A stretch of DNA of 64,000 nt, taken from the NCBI RefSeq assembly GCF_000006765.1, contig NC_002516.2. One strand, written 5' to 3'. The notes below the pieces were generated by a model that was not told the origin of the DNA, ran no database searches, and saw only the letters and a list, made by a program, of their open reading frames with translations. This DNA comes from Pseudomonas aeruginosa PAO1 (lineage in GTDB: Bacteria; Pseudomonadota; Gammaproteobacteria; Pseudomonadales; Pseudomonadaceae). This document shows positions 1-10,504 of the stretch, piece by piece; the stretch's first letter is position 1; each line of letters starts with the position of its first letter. The translations under genes and the position numbers were made by a program.

Positions 1-410
1 GAGCTTGCGCATGGCGAAGCGGTTGGAAGTGATCGCCAACAGGAACAGGCAGACGAATCCAAGCATTCCCACGATGATGTAGGGACGCTTGCTCAACTCG
101 ATGCCCAACTGCCCCCAGTCCAACCCCAGGATGAACACGTAGTAAGCGCTCAGGTGCAGCAGCACATAGGTGAAGCACCACAACCCCAACTGGCGGCGCA
201 CGGCGATCCAGCCCGGCCAGCCGCTCAGCTTCTGCAGTGGCGTCATCGCCAGGGTGAGTAGCAGCAATACCAAGGCGCCCAGCCCCAGTCGATCGACCAG
301 GGTCTTGCCCGGGTCAGGTCCGAGGGCAAAGATCCAGGCTTGGTACAACCACCAGGCCGGCACCGCCAACGCCCCCAGGAATACCGCAAGGCGCAGATAC
401 CAGTAGCGCA

Positions 411-411
<1 letters not shown>
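1..411 (-). CDS. msrQ: MsrQ heme-binding membrane subunit of the periplasmic methionine sulfoxide reductase (3' part lies outside the window)
   Basis: Manual translation from ATG at 411 gives [13 protein letters not shown]...[14 protein letters not shown]...[16 protein letters not shown]...KRPYIIVG. The ATG overlaps the msrP stop (TGATG). Not in the ORF track because it is truncated. Confidence 0.9.
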
Positions 412-1424
<1,013 letters not shown>

Positions 1425-1425
1425 G

Positions 1426-1473
1426 ACGGGCTCCGCAATGACCAGCTTTGTGCCAGTAGACTACGGAGCCCGT
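1426..1473 (-). promoter_or_regulatory. 10-bp inverted repeat whose 3' arm contains the msrP Shine-Dalgarno
   Basis: ACGGGCTCCG (1426-1435) / CGGAGCCCGT (1464-1473) with a 28-nt loop. The SD GGAG corresponds to plus-strand 1431-1434. Confidence 0.6.
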
Positions 1474-1484
1474 TGGAAATTACA

Positions 1485-2300
1485 TCAGCTCGGCTGCTTC
1501 CGGCGACGCAGTTGCAGCAGGTATTGCACAGGACCGGAGGCCGCGTAGGCAAGGAACAGCAACAGGAGGATGCGCGGCGGGTCGGTAAAGACCACGGCGA
1601 AGGCCAGCACCACGATAAGGATCGCCACGAACGGCACCCGGCCGCGCAGGTCGAGATCCTTGAAGCTGTGGTACTTGATGTTGCTGACCATCAGCACACC
1701 GGCGGCGGCGACCAGCAGGGCGACGAGGAAGGCAACCTTGGCGCCCTGGATCTCGAAATCGCTGAACGCCCATACCGTGCCCGCCACCAGCGCCGCGGCG
1801 GCCGGACTGGCCAGGCCGATGAAATAGCGCTTGTCGGCCTTGCCGACCTGGGTGTTGAAACGAGCCAGACGCAGGGCTGCGCCCGCAACGTAGATGAAGG
1901 CGACCATCCAGCCGACCTTGCCGAGGCTGCCAAGCGCCCATTCGAAGGCGACCAGCGCCGGCGCCACACCGAAGGCGACCATGTCGGACAGCGAGTCATA
2001 CTCGGCGCCGAAGGCGCTCTGGGTGTTGGTCAGGCGAGCCACGCGGCCGTCCAGTCCATCAAGGACCATGGCCACGAAGATAGCGATGGCGGCGTTGGCG
2101 AACTGGCCGCTCATGCCATTGATGATGGCGTAGAAGCCGGAAAACAGGGCCGCCGTGGTGAACAGGTTGGGCAGCAGGTAGATACCGCGGTGACGAACCT
2201 TCCGCCCTTCGGCGTCGTGCCCTTCTTCTATATGTTCGTCGATGGGCAGCAGGCTTTCTTCGTCGGAGGCCTTGTTCGGCTCCTCGGGACGTTCACTCAT
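1485..2300 (-). CDS. pssA: CDP-diacylglycerol--serine O-phosphatidyltransferase
   Basis: YLLPNLFTT, CDP-alcohol motif DGLDGRVAR...GAEYDSLSD, ALRLARFN, FIGLASPAAA. Alternative ATG at 2306. Confidence 0.93.
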   Translation of the reverse strand: MSERPEEPNKASDEESLLPIDEHIEEGHDAEGRKVRHRGIYLLPNLFTTAALFSGFYAIINGMSGQFANAAIAIFVAMVLDGLDGRVARLTNTQSAFGAEYDSLSDMVAFGVAPALVAFEWALGSLGKVGWMVAFIYVAGAALRLARFNTQVGKADKRYFIGLASPAAAALVAGTVWAFSDFEIQGAKVAFLVALLVAAAGVLMVSNIKYHSFKDLDLRGRVPFVAILIVVLAFAVVFTDPPRILLLLFLAYAASGPVQYLLQLRRRKQPS

Positions 2301-2380
2301 GGACAATTCCTTGGGAACTGATGGGGTACGAATATGCCGACAGCACTTCTGACTAGGAAGACAACTCCGCCGGCCCAGGC

Positions 2381-2389
2381 TTTATACCA
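2381..2389 (-). promoter_or_regulatory. Extended -10 element (TGGTATAAA), candidate pssA promoter
   Basis: Plus-strand tttatacca at 2381-2389, about 80 nt upstream of pssA. Confidence 0.4.
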
Positions 2390-2406
2390 GATCGCCAGGC
2401 AAGAAC

Positions 2407-2432
2407 GAAAAAACGCGGCCGGGGCCGCGTTT
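2407..2432 (-). terminator. Intrinsic terminator downstream of ilvC
   Basis: AAACGCGGCC/GGCCGCGTTT stem followed by a T-run on the minus strand. Confidence 0.75.
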
Positions 2433-2454
2433 CTTCGTCTGTCGCCGGAGCCGC

Positions 2455-3483
<1,029 letters not shown>

Positions 3484-3513
3484 TCAGTAAGGCCTCGCGG
3501 GCCTGCTTTCAGT

Positions 3514-4005
3514 TCAGATGCTCAGAGTCTTGTCGCCACGGGCGATGCCAGTGACGCCACTGCGGACCACTTCCAGGATCGACGCAGTGCCGATGGCCTG
3601 GATGAAGCTGTCCAGTTTGTCGCTGGTACCCGCCAGTTGCACGGTATAGACGCTACTGGTGACGTCGACGATCTGCCCACGGAAGATATCGGTGGTGCGC
3701 TTGACCTCGGCGCGCTGGGCGCCCGTGGCCTTGACCTTCACCAGCATCAGCTCGCGCTCGATATGGGCGCTTTCCGACAGATCCACCAGCTTGACCACTT
3801 CGATCAGCTTGTTGAGGTTCTTGGTGATCTGCTCGATCACCTCATCGTGCCCCACGGTGGTCAGCGTCAGACGCGACAGGGTCGGGTCCTCGGTCGGCGC
3901 CACGGTCAGGCTTTCGATGTTGTAGTTGCGTTGGGAGAACAGGCCGACCACGCGGGACAATGCGCCTGGCTCGTTTTCCAGCAGCAGGGAAATGATGTGT
4001 CGCAT
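3514..4005 (-). CDS. ilvH: Acetolactate synthase small (regulatory) subunit
   Basis: MRHIISLLLENEPGALSRVVGLFSQRNYNIESL ACT domain. Start chosen at ATG 4005, 2 nt after the ilvI stop. Confidence 0.96.
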   Translation of the reverse strand: MRHIISLLLENEPGALSRVVGLFSQRNYNIESLTVAPTEDPTLSRLTLTTVGHDEVIEQITKNLNKLIEVVKLVDLSESAHIERELMLVKVKATGAQRAEVKRTTDIFRGQIVDVTSSVYTVQLAGTSDKLDSFIQAIGTASILEVVRSGVTGIARGDKTLSI

Positions 4006-4007
4006 GA

Positions 4008-5732
4008 TCAGGTACGCTCCGTCTTGCTCAGCCACATGTCGCGCATCGCGCCGTCACGGATCTGCATCGGATAGACGTGTTCGCTGGCGTCCACCTGGAT
4101 GTCGAGGAAGACCAGGCGATTCTTCATGGCGAACGCCTCCTCCATCTTCGGCTTCAGATCCTTCAGGTCGGTGATGCGCATGCCGACATGCCCGTAGGCT
4201 TCGGCAAGCTTGACGAAGTCCGGCAGGGATTCCATGTAGGAATGCGAATAACGGCTGTTGTACTGCATGTCCTGCCACTGGCGGACCATGCCCAGGGCAC
4301 CATTGTTCAGGTTGACGATCTTCACCGGCAGGTCGTACTGCAGGCAGGTAGACAGTTCCTGGATATTCATCTGGATACTGCCCTCGCCGGTCACGCAGGC
4401 GACATCGTCGTCCGGGAAGTTGAGCTTGATGCCCATCGCCGCCGGGAAGCCGAAGCCCATGGTGCCGAGACCGCCGGAGTTGATCCAGCGATTGGGCTTG
4501 TTGAACTTGTAGTACTGCGAGGCGAACATCTGGTGCTGGCCGACATCGGAGGTGATGAAGGCATCGCCATGGGTAACCTCGTAGAGCGTCTCGATGACGG
4601 TCTGCGGCTTGATGATGCTGCCGTCGCCCTTGTCGTACGGGAACAACCCACGGTTACCACGCCACTCGTCGATCTGCTTCCACCAGGCAGCCTGGGCATC
4701 CTGGTTCGGGGTCTCGCCGATTTCCCTGACGATCGCGACCATTTCGGTGAGAACGCTGTCCACCGGGCCGACGATCGGGATGTCGGCCTTGATGGTCTTG
4801 GAAATCGACGCCGGATCGATGTCGATGTGGATGATCTTGGCGTTCGGGCAGAACTTCGCCGCACCGTTGATGACCCGGTCGTCGAAACGCGCGCCGACCG
4901 CGAGGATCACGTCGCTGTGATGCATCGCCAGGTTGGCGGTGAAGCTGCCATGCATCCCGAGCATGCCGAGGAACTGGCGGTCTGCGCCGGGATACCCGCC
5001 GAGGCCCATCAGGGTGTTGGTCACCGGCAGGTTGAGCATCTGCGCCAGCTCGGTCAGCGGCGCCGCGGCATTGCCCATGATCACGCCGCCGCCGGAATAG
5101 ACCACCGGGCGCTTGGCGGCCAGGAGCATCTCGGCGGCCTTGCGGATCTGTCCCGAGTGACCGCGAACGGCCGGGCTGTACGAACGCAACTTGACCTTCT
5201 TCGGATAGGAATATTCGAATTTCTGCGTCGGGTCGCCCATGTCCTTCGGAATATCCACGACCACCGGCCCCGGACGACCGGACTGCGCCAGGTAGAAGGC
5301 CTTCTTGATCACCTCGGGAATTTCCGAGGGATGCTTGATGATGAAGCTGTGCTTCACGATCGGCCGGGAGATCCCGACCATGTCGGTTTCCTGGAACGCA
5401 TCGGTACCGACCATGTTGCTCGGCACCTGGCCCGACAGGATCACCATCGGGATGGAGTCCATGTATGCGGTGGCGATACCGGTGATGGCGTTGGTCGCGC
5501 CCGGGCCGGAAGTCACCAGCACGACACCGGGCTTGCCGGTGGCGCGGGCGTAGCCGTCGGCCATATGGGTAGCCGCCTGTTCGTGGCGCACCAGGATGTG
5601 GGTCACGTCGTGCTCCTTGAAGAGCGCGTCGTAGATATGCAGGAGGGCACCACCCGGGTACCCGTAGATGTACTTAACGCCTTCGTCGCGCAACGAGCGG
5701 ACGACCATTTCAGCGCCAGATAAAAGCTCCAC
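4008..5732 (-). CDS. ilvI: Acetolactate synthase large subunit
   Basis: [33 protein letters not shown] motif GEGSIQMN...NN. GTG start. Confidence 0.97.
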   Translation of the reverse strand: MELLSGAEMVVRSLRDEGVKYIYGYPGGALLHIYDALFKEHDVTHILVRHEQAATHMADGYARATGKPGVVLVTSGPGATNAITGIATAYMDSIPMVILSGQVPSNMVGTDAFQETDMVGISRPIVKHSFIIKHPSEIPEVIKKAFYLAQSGRPGPVVVDIPKDMGDPTQKFEYSYPKKVKLRSYSPAVRGHSGQIRKAAEMLLAAKRPVVYSGGGVIMGNAAAPLTELAQMLNLPVTNTLMGLGGYPGADRQFLGMLGMHGSFTANLAMHHSDVILAVGARFDDRVINGAAKFCPNAKIIHIDIDPASISKTIKADIPIVGPVDSVLTEMVAIVREIGETPNQDAQAAWWKQIDEWRGNRGLFPYDKGDGSIIKPQTVIETLYEVTHGDAFITSDVGQHQMFASQYYKFNKPNRWINSGGLGTMGFGFPAAMGIKLNFPDDDVACVTGEGSIQMNIQELSTCLQYDLPVKIVNLNNGALGMVRQWQDMQYNSRYSHSYMESLPDFVKLAEAYGHVGMRITDLKDLKPKMEEAFAMKNRLVFLDIQVDASEHVYPMQIRDGAMRDMWLSKTERT

Positions 5733-5995
5733 GTTTTCACCTCTAGAACGCTATACGGCCACCCAGGGGCGGGCGACCGAAATTCGGTTGGCTGCCCGGC
5801 AGAGCATGGGTGACGGTAGTCACCGGCTACGTCAACTGCCGATTGAGCAAACTTGGAAGGGCGCCTGGTGTTACGGAGCTCTTCCACCCAGCGCGAGGTA
5901 ACGCGAAGCAGGGTGTAACTTTCGGCGCGGGTAGGCACCTCATGGTCTGCCGGAGAGGGGACTGGGTTGCAGACGGCCCGCTACAGCGAGCTTGG

Positions 5996-6060
5996 ATTCT
6001 TCGCATTCGTCGAACGCAAGTCAAGCTTTATTCTGAAAATTATCAAAAAAAATTCCAAGG
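5996..6060 (-). promoter_or_regulatory. Candidate sigma70 promoter of ilvIHC with an AT-rich UP element
   Basis: Minus strand TTGACT (6024-6019), 17-nt spacer, AAGAAT (6001-5996), preceded by TTTTTTTTGATAATTTTCAGAATAAA. Implies a leader of about 257 nt. Confidence 0.5.
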
Positions 6061-6282
6061 AAGCTGCCATACCCTTCCATAAAAAAGCTGATCAATGACC
6101 AAAAACAGATTTTATGGCTAGAAAATTCCGATTTAGAGCAAACTTTTCCAAAATGCCCATGATTCCCGCGAGGACTTGCCACGGCGAGGCCGTCTCCGGC
6201 GGCGGTTGTGATGCCGTGCAGCATGCCGCGCTGGCGGATTTGGTTATAGTTAGCCGCAGTTAGCGCATTCCAAGGACTCCGC

Positions 6283-6735
6283 ATGCGACGCATGATCCTC
6301 CCGGCCAGCTTGTTGCTCGCCCTCTCCTCTTTCGCCATGGCCGCCCCGATCTACAAATGGGTCGACGCCGAGGGCGTCACCCACTTCGGCGCACAACCGC
6401 CGCAAGGTGCGCAAGCGACCACGGTGAATACCCAGACCGCCCCGCCGCCGGACAACTTCCCCCTGCCCCCCTCGACCCCGGCACCGACCATCCAGCAGAA
6501 ACCGGCCGATCCCGAGCAGAAGGCGATCGACGACAAGGTGAAGCAGCAAGTGGCGAAGGAAGAGGCCGAGCGCAAGCAGTTCTGCGAAGAGACCCGCAAC
6601 AACCTCGCGCAACTGAAGAACAACCCGCGCGTAAGGGTCGACGAAGGCAAGGGCGAACTCCGTCGCCTCGGCGAGGAAGAACGCCAGGAGCGAATCGCCA
6701 AGGCCGAAAAGGCGATCCAGGAGAATTGCCGCTGA
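6283..6735 (+). CDS. Secreted DUF4124-type protein
   Basis: Signal peptide, then IYKWVDAEGVTHFGAQPP, a Pro-rich linker and a helical C-terminus with two Cys. Confidence 0.8.
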   Translation: MRRMILPASLLLALSSFAMAAPIYKWVDAEGVTHFGAQPPQGAQATTVNTQTAPPPDNFPLPPSTPAPTIQQKPADPEQKAIDDKVKQQVAKEEAERKQFCEETRNNLAQLKNNPRVRVDEGKGELRRLGEEERQERIAKAEKAIQENCR

Positions 6736-6795
6736 GGCGAACACAGCCCCGTCCCGCAGCATGGGGCTGACCCGGCTCTCCGCCTTGCTTGAAGC

Positions 6796-6830
6796 AAAGA
6801 AAAACCCGGCCTGTAGCCGGGTTTTTCTTT
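6796..6830. terminator. Bidirectional intrinsic terminator between convergent genes
   Basis: AAAGAAAAACCCGGC-ctgta-GCCGGGTTTTTCTTT, a perfect 15-bp inverted repeat. Confidence 0.9.
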
Positions 6831-6842
6831 ACTGCCGAAGCT

Positions 6843-7172
6843 TCATGACGGCCCGCCGATCAGCCGGTCGAACTCGCCAAGCGCCGCCAGCAGGCCGGCG
6901 ACTTCCTCGCCACGCTGCGCATAGGCCACCTCGGCTATGGCCAGGATACCCGAGGCTTGCGGCAAGGCGCTGTCGCTTTCGAGAATCAGCTTCATCCGTG
7001 GCAGGAAGATCCATTGCAGCCATTGCTCGAGCGCCAGCGTATCCACGCAGAACGGCTCGGGGCTGGCCAGCGCTTCCGGGGCGGGGCTGCTTTCGCTCCA
7101 CCAGCCGAGGGCACGCAACTCACGCTCGATCAGCAACAACTGGTCGGCCAGCGCATAGACCCGTCGATCCAT
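6843..7172 (-). CDS. YqcC (DUF446) family protein
   Basis: ALASPEPFCVDTLALEQWLQWIFLPRM signature. The start overlaps the upstream stop. Confidence 0.85.
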   Translation of the reverse strand: MDRRVYALADQLLLIERELRALGWWSESSPAPEALASPEPFCVDTLALEQWLQWIFLPRMKLILESDSALPQASGILAIAEVAYAQRGEEVAGLLAALGEFDRLIGGPS

Positions 7173-7951
7173 CAGGAGCTGACCTTGGCCTTCTGCCGGG
7201 CCAGCGCAGCGCCGGCGGAGTCTCCCTGCTTCTCCCGAGCCTGGGCGATCAGTTCCCAGAGCCCGGCCTGCAAGGCCGGCCGGCCATTGGCGTAGCTCAA
7301 GCCACGGCGCGCGACCTGCTCGGCCTGGGCCGCATCGCCCTGGGCCAGGCGCACCTGGGCCAGGCGATAGAGCACCTGCGGCTCGCGCGGAGCGATGCGC
7401 TGGGCTCGCTCGAGGCTGGCGGCGGCGCTGTTCAGGTCGCCGCTGCCCTGCTGTTGCTGGGCGGTTGTGAGCATCGCCAGGACCGGCCCGTCCAACTGCT
7501 CGTCGGCCGCCAGGCTGCCGGCCGAGCCGGAGGCCGGAATGCCGGTGGGCGCGGAACGACTGGCGCCGCTGGGCGGCATGTTGTAGCTGCCACCCAGCGG
7601 TGGCGTGGAGGCGCTGCTGGGCGGAGCCTGGTACTGGGTGCCGGTGCCGAGCGGAGCGCTGCTGATCGGCGCGGCGCCGGACTGCGCCGGGAAAGTCTGG
7701 ATCGGTGCGGAATTGGCGCCCTGCGGCACCATCACCACCACACCGGAGTCGCCGCCCTGGGGAATGCCCTGGGTGGCGGCGCCTTGCTGGGTACGCGGTA
7801 CCTGGGTACGGGTGATGCGGAAACCGCCGCTTTCCTGGTTGGACACCGGAGTACCGGAATCCACCACCGGGATCGCCCCGTGCTGCGGGCTGGCGCAGCC
7901 CGCGAGCACGGCACTGCCGGCAAGCGCGGCGAATACGAAAATCTTCTTCAC
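7172..7951 (-). CDS. lpoP: Outer-membrane lipoprotein with a C-terminal TPR domain, PBP1B activator LpoP
   Basis: Lipobox VLAGC, long Gly/Pro/Ser-rich linker, TPR-like ASLERAQRIAPREPQVLYRLA. Directly downstream of mrcB. Confidence 0.8.
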   Translation of the reverse strand: MKKIFVFAALAGSAVLAGCASPQHGAIPVVDSGTPVSNQESGGFRITRTQVPRTQQGAATQGIPQGGDSGVVVMVPQGANSAPIQTFPAQSGAAPISSAPLGTGTQYQAPPSSASTPPLGGSYNMPPSGASRSAPTGIPASGSAGSLAADEQLDGPVLAMLTTAQQQQGSGDLNSAAASLERAQRIAPREPQVLYRLAQVRLAQGDAAQAEQVARRGLSYANGRPALQAGLWELIAQAREKQGDSAGAALARQKAKVSS

Positions 7952-7967
7952 GTCAGGTCCTCTCGGA

Positions 7968-10292
7968 TCAATTCAGCCAGCCACGTACCCAGTCCATCAC
8001 CTCGCCGGCGGGGTTCTGGCTCCCGCAGCCTGGGCCCTGGGCGGGCTCGCTGCCACGAATATAGGGCATCTGTACGGCATTCGGGCAATCCGCCGCCGAG
8101 CCCTGCCCGGTCTGCGCGTCGACCCAGGCCATCACCACGTTCTCCGGCATCGGCATTTCCAGCGATTGCGGATGCGCCTTGCGCATGAAGCTGGCCCACA
8201 CCTGCAAGGCACCGGTGGCGCCGGTAAGCGGCGTCTTGCCGTTGTCGTCGCGACCGAGCCAGACCACAGCCTGGAGGTCGCCGCCGAAACCGGAGAACCA
8301 GCTATCGCGCGAGTCGTTGCTGGTGCCGGTCTTGCCGGCGAGGGTCAGCGACGACGGCAATTGACTGTACACCGAACGCCCGGTGCCTTCGCGCATGACC
8401 CGCTGCATGGCGTTCTGCACCAGGTAGACGGCGCCCGAGTCGAAGCGCTGTTCGACCTGGAACGGATAGCGCTTGAGCGGCTGGCCGTCGGCAGTGAGGA
8501 CGCTGCGGATCCCCCGCAACGGCGTGTTGAAGCCGCCGCTGGCGATGGTCTGGTACATGGTGGCGACCTCCATCGGACTGAGCGAACCGGCGCCCAGCAG
8601 CATCGACGGATAGGCCGGCCAGTCACGGTTGATACCCAGCCGGGCGACGGTCTGCAGCACGTTGGGCACACCGACGTCGAGGCCGAGCTTGGCGGTGGAC
8701 AGGTTGTAGGAGTTTGCCAGGCCCTGGTACAGGAAGATCGTGCCATGCGAGCGCCGGTCGTAGTTCTGCGGTCGCCAGACCTGGCCGTCCTGGCCTTTCA
8801 CCGCGAAGGGCTCGTCCTGTACCCAGGTGGTCAGGGTGTACTTGCTCGGCCGCTCGAGAGCGGTCAGGTAGACCGCCGGCTTGATCAGCGAACCGATCGG
8901 CCGCACCGCGTCCAGGGCCCGGTTGAAGCCGGCGAAGCGCGGGTCGCGACTGCCGATCAGGGCCTGGATCTCACCGGTTTCCGGATTGGTCACGACCATC
9001 GCCGCCTCGACCTGGTCGACCCCCTTGCGCCCACTGAGACGCTTGAGCGTTTCGTTGACGGAGGTCTCGGCCTTCTCCTGCAGGATCGGATCGAAGCTGG
9101 TGAAGATGCGCAGCCCTTCCTCAGTCAGGTCCTCGTCGCGGTAGTCCTGGCGCAACTGGCGCTTGACCAGGTCGAGGAAGGCCGGATAGGAGCTGTCGGC
9201 CATGCTGCCCTGCCGGGTCACGCCGAGCGGGCGCAGCTTGGCGGCGTCGACTTCCTGCTGGGTCGCCACGCCCTGCTCGGCGAGCACGTCGAGCACCAGG
9301 TTGCGCCGCGCCAGCGCACGATCCGGGTAACGCCGCGGGTTGAAGTAGGACGGCCCCTTGACCATGCCGACCAGCAGCGCCACCTGGTCGAGCTTGAGCT
9401 CGGCCAACGGCTGGCTGAAGAAATACTGGCTGGCCAGGCCGAAGCCATGGATCGCTCGTTGCCCATCCTGGCCGAGGAACACCTCGTTGAGATAGGACTC
9501 GAGGATGTCGCGCTTGTCGTAGTGCAGTTCCAGCAGCACCGCCATCATCGCTTCGTTGATCTTGCGGCTCAGGCTGCGCTCATTGCTCAGGAAGAAGTTC
9601 TTCACCAACTGCTGGGTCAGGGTGCTGCCGCCCTGGCGCAACTGGCCGGCCGTGGTGTTGACCCACACCGCCCGCGCCACGGATTTCAGCGACACACCAT
9701 GGTGGTTCCAGAAGTCGCGATCCTCGACCGCGACCAGGGTGTCGATCAGGTAGGTCGGCACCTGGTCGAGCTTGACCAGGATGCGATCCTCATGGTGCGC
9801 CGGATACAAGCCGCCGATCAGCAGCGGCTCAAGGCGCGCCACCGCCAGTTCCTTGCCGTTGGCCTGGCTCAGCCCGCTGACGTAGTTGCCGTTGAAGCGC
9901 ACGCGCACGCGCTGGGCCGGTTCCGCGCCTTCGTAGAACTGGAAGCCACGGGTATTGAGTTCGACCGCGCTGGCCGCCACCGATACGGTTCCAGGGCCGC
10001 TCACGCTGGGCTCGCGACGGTAGCCGAGGGCGTCGAGTTCGCGCAGGAAGTCTTCCCTGCTCAGCTTCAGGCCGTTGAACAGCTCCAGCGGGCGGGCATA
10101 GACCTTCGCCGGGATGGTCCAGCGCCGGCCGGAGAATTTCTCCTGCACCACGGCATCGAGATAGATGGCGAAGCCGGCGAGGAGCACCAGGCCGACGAGG
10201 CCGAGCTTGAGAGCCCAGCTGAGCCATTTGTTCAGGCCGGGTGCCGGGCGTGCTTTGCTGTTACGGGAACGGGGGGATCGGGGACGCGTCAT
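7968..10292 (-). CDS. mrcB: Penicillin-binding protein 1B (bifunctional GT51/transpeptidase)
   Basis: AVEDRDF, GGSTLTQQLVKN, RKINEA, SLIK (SxxK), SYN (SxN), KTG, UB2H-like insert. Confidence 0.96.
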   Translation of the reverse strand: MTRPRSPRSRNSKARPAPGLNKWLSWALKLGLVGLVLLAGFAIYLDAVVQEKFSGRRWTIPAKVYARPLELFNGLKLSREDFLRELDALGYRREPSVSGPGTVSVAASAVELNTRGFQFYEGAEPAQRVRVRFNGNYVSGLSQANGKELAVARLEPLLIGGLYPAHHEDRILVKLDQVPTYLIDTLVAVEDRDFWNHHGVSLKSVARAVWVNTTAGQLRQGGSTLTQQLVKNFFLSNERSLSRKINEAMMAVLLELHYDKRDILESYLNEVFLGQDGQRAIHGFGLASQYFFSQPLAELKLDQVALLVGMVKGPSYFNPRRYPDRALARRNLVLDVLAEQGVATQQEVDAAKLRPLGVTRQGSMADSSYPAFLDLVKRQLRQDYRDEDLTEEGLRIFTSFDPILQEKAETSVNETLKRLSGRKGVDQVEAAMVVTNPETGEIQALIGSRDPRFAGFNRALDAVRPIGSLIKPAVYLTALERPSKYTLTTWVQDEPFAVKGQDGQVWRPQNYDRRSHGTIFLYQGLANSYNLSTAKLGLDVGVPNVLQTVARLGINRDWPAYPSMLLGAGSLSPMEVATMYQTIASGGFNTPLRGIRSVLTADGQPLKRYPFQVEQRFDSGAVYLVQNAMQRVMREGTGRSVYSQLPSSLTLAGKTGTSNDSRDSWFSGFGGDLQAVVWLGRDDNGKTPLTGATGALQVWASFMRKAHPQSLEMPMPENVVMAWVDAQTGQGSAADCPNAVQMPYIRGSEPAQGPGCGSQNPAGEVMDWVRGWLN

Positions 10293-10300
10293 GGCGGCGC

Positions 10301-10329
10301 ATTATACGTACTTTATCCACAGCGGACAG
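10301..10329 (-). promoter_or_regulatory. Candidate mrcB promoter with a perfect -10 and a DnaA-box-like 9-mer in the spacer
   Basis: TATAAT at 10306-10301, only 8 nt before the ATG. TTATCCACA at 10313-10321. Weak -35 CTGTCC. Confidence 0.55.
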
Positions 10330-10439
10330 ACACCGCATCGGCGGCATCCACGGTCTGCGCGGCCCCGGTGGATAGGCGCGGCGGCAGCGCGGCGCATTCG
10401 ACCGGCGATCCGGCAAATGGTTGCTATCCGCCAGCGAGG

Positions 10440-10468
10440 TTTGCACTGTCACCCCTTCCCGCCATAAT
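10440..10468 (+). promoter_or_regulatory. Candidate sigma70 promoter for the kinase/ATPase gene
   Basis: TTTGCA/TTGCAC at 10440-10446 and CATAAT at 10463-10468. Confidence 0.35.
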
Positions 10469-10504
10469 GCGGGTTTTCGCATATTTCAGAGGCAAGGATA
10501 TCCC

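Noticed and set aside
1440-1455. TGGCAC upstream of msrP as a sigma54 promoter
   Set aside because: The -12 position reads GT rather than GC.
5827-5943. 38-aa ORF (MRCLPAPKVTP...) as an ilv leader peptide
   Set aside because: No SD, no clustered Ile/Leu/Val codons and no downstream U-tailed terminator.
6021-6338. 105-aa minus ORF in the AT-rich ilvI upstream region, and 38440-38883 / 39022-39389 ORFs near crcZ
   Set aside because: Atypical composition with no recognisable family. They overlap promoters, crcZ or real genes.
10421-10504. ORF-track N-terminal extensions (also at 12078, 12782, 19160, 25089, 27537, 42006, 43643, 45396, 57331, 53365)
   Set aside because: Downstream starts have SD sequences or overlap geometry and match the family N-termini. 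The extensions run through promoters or neighbouring genes.
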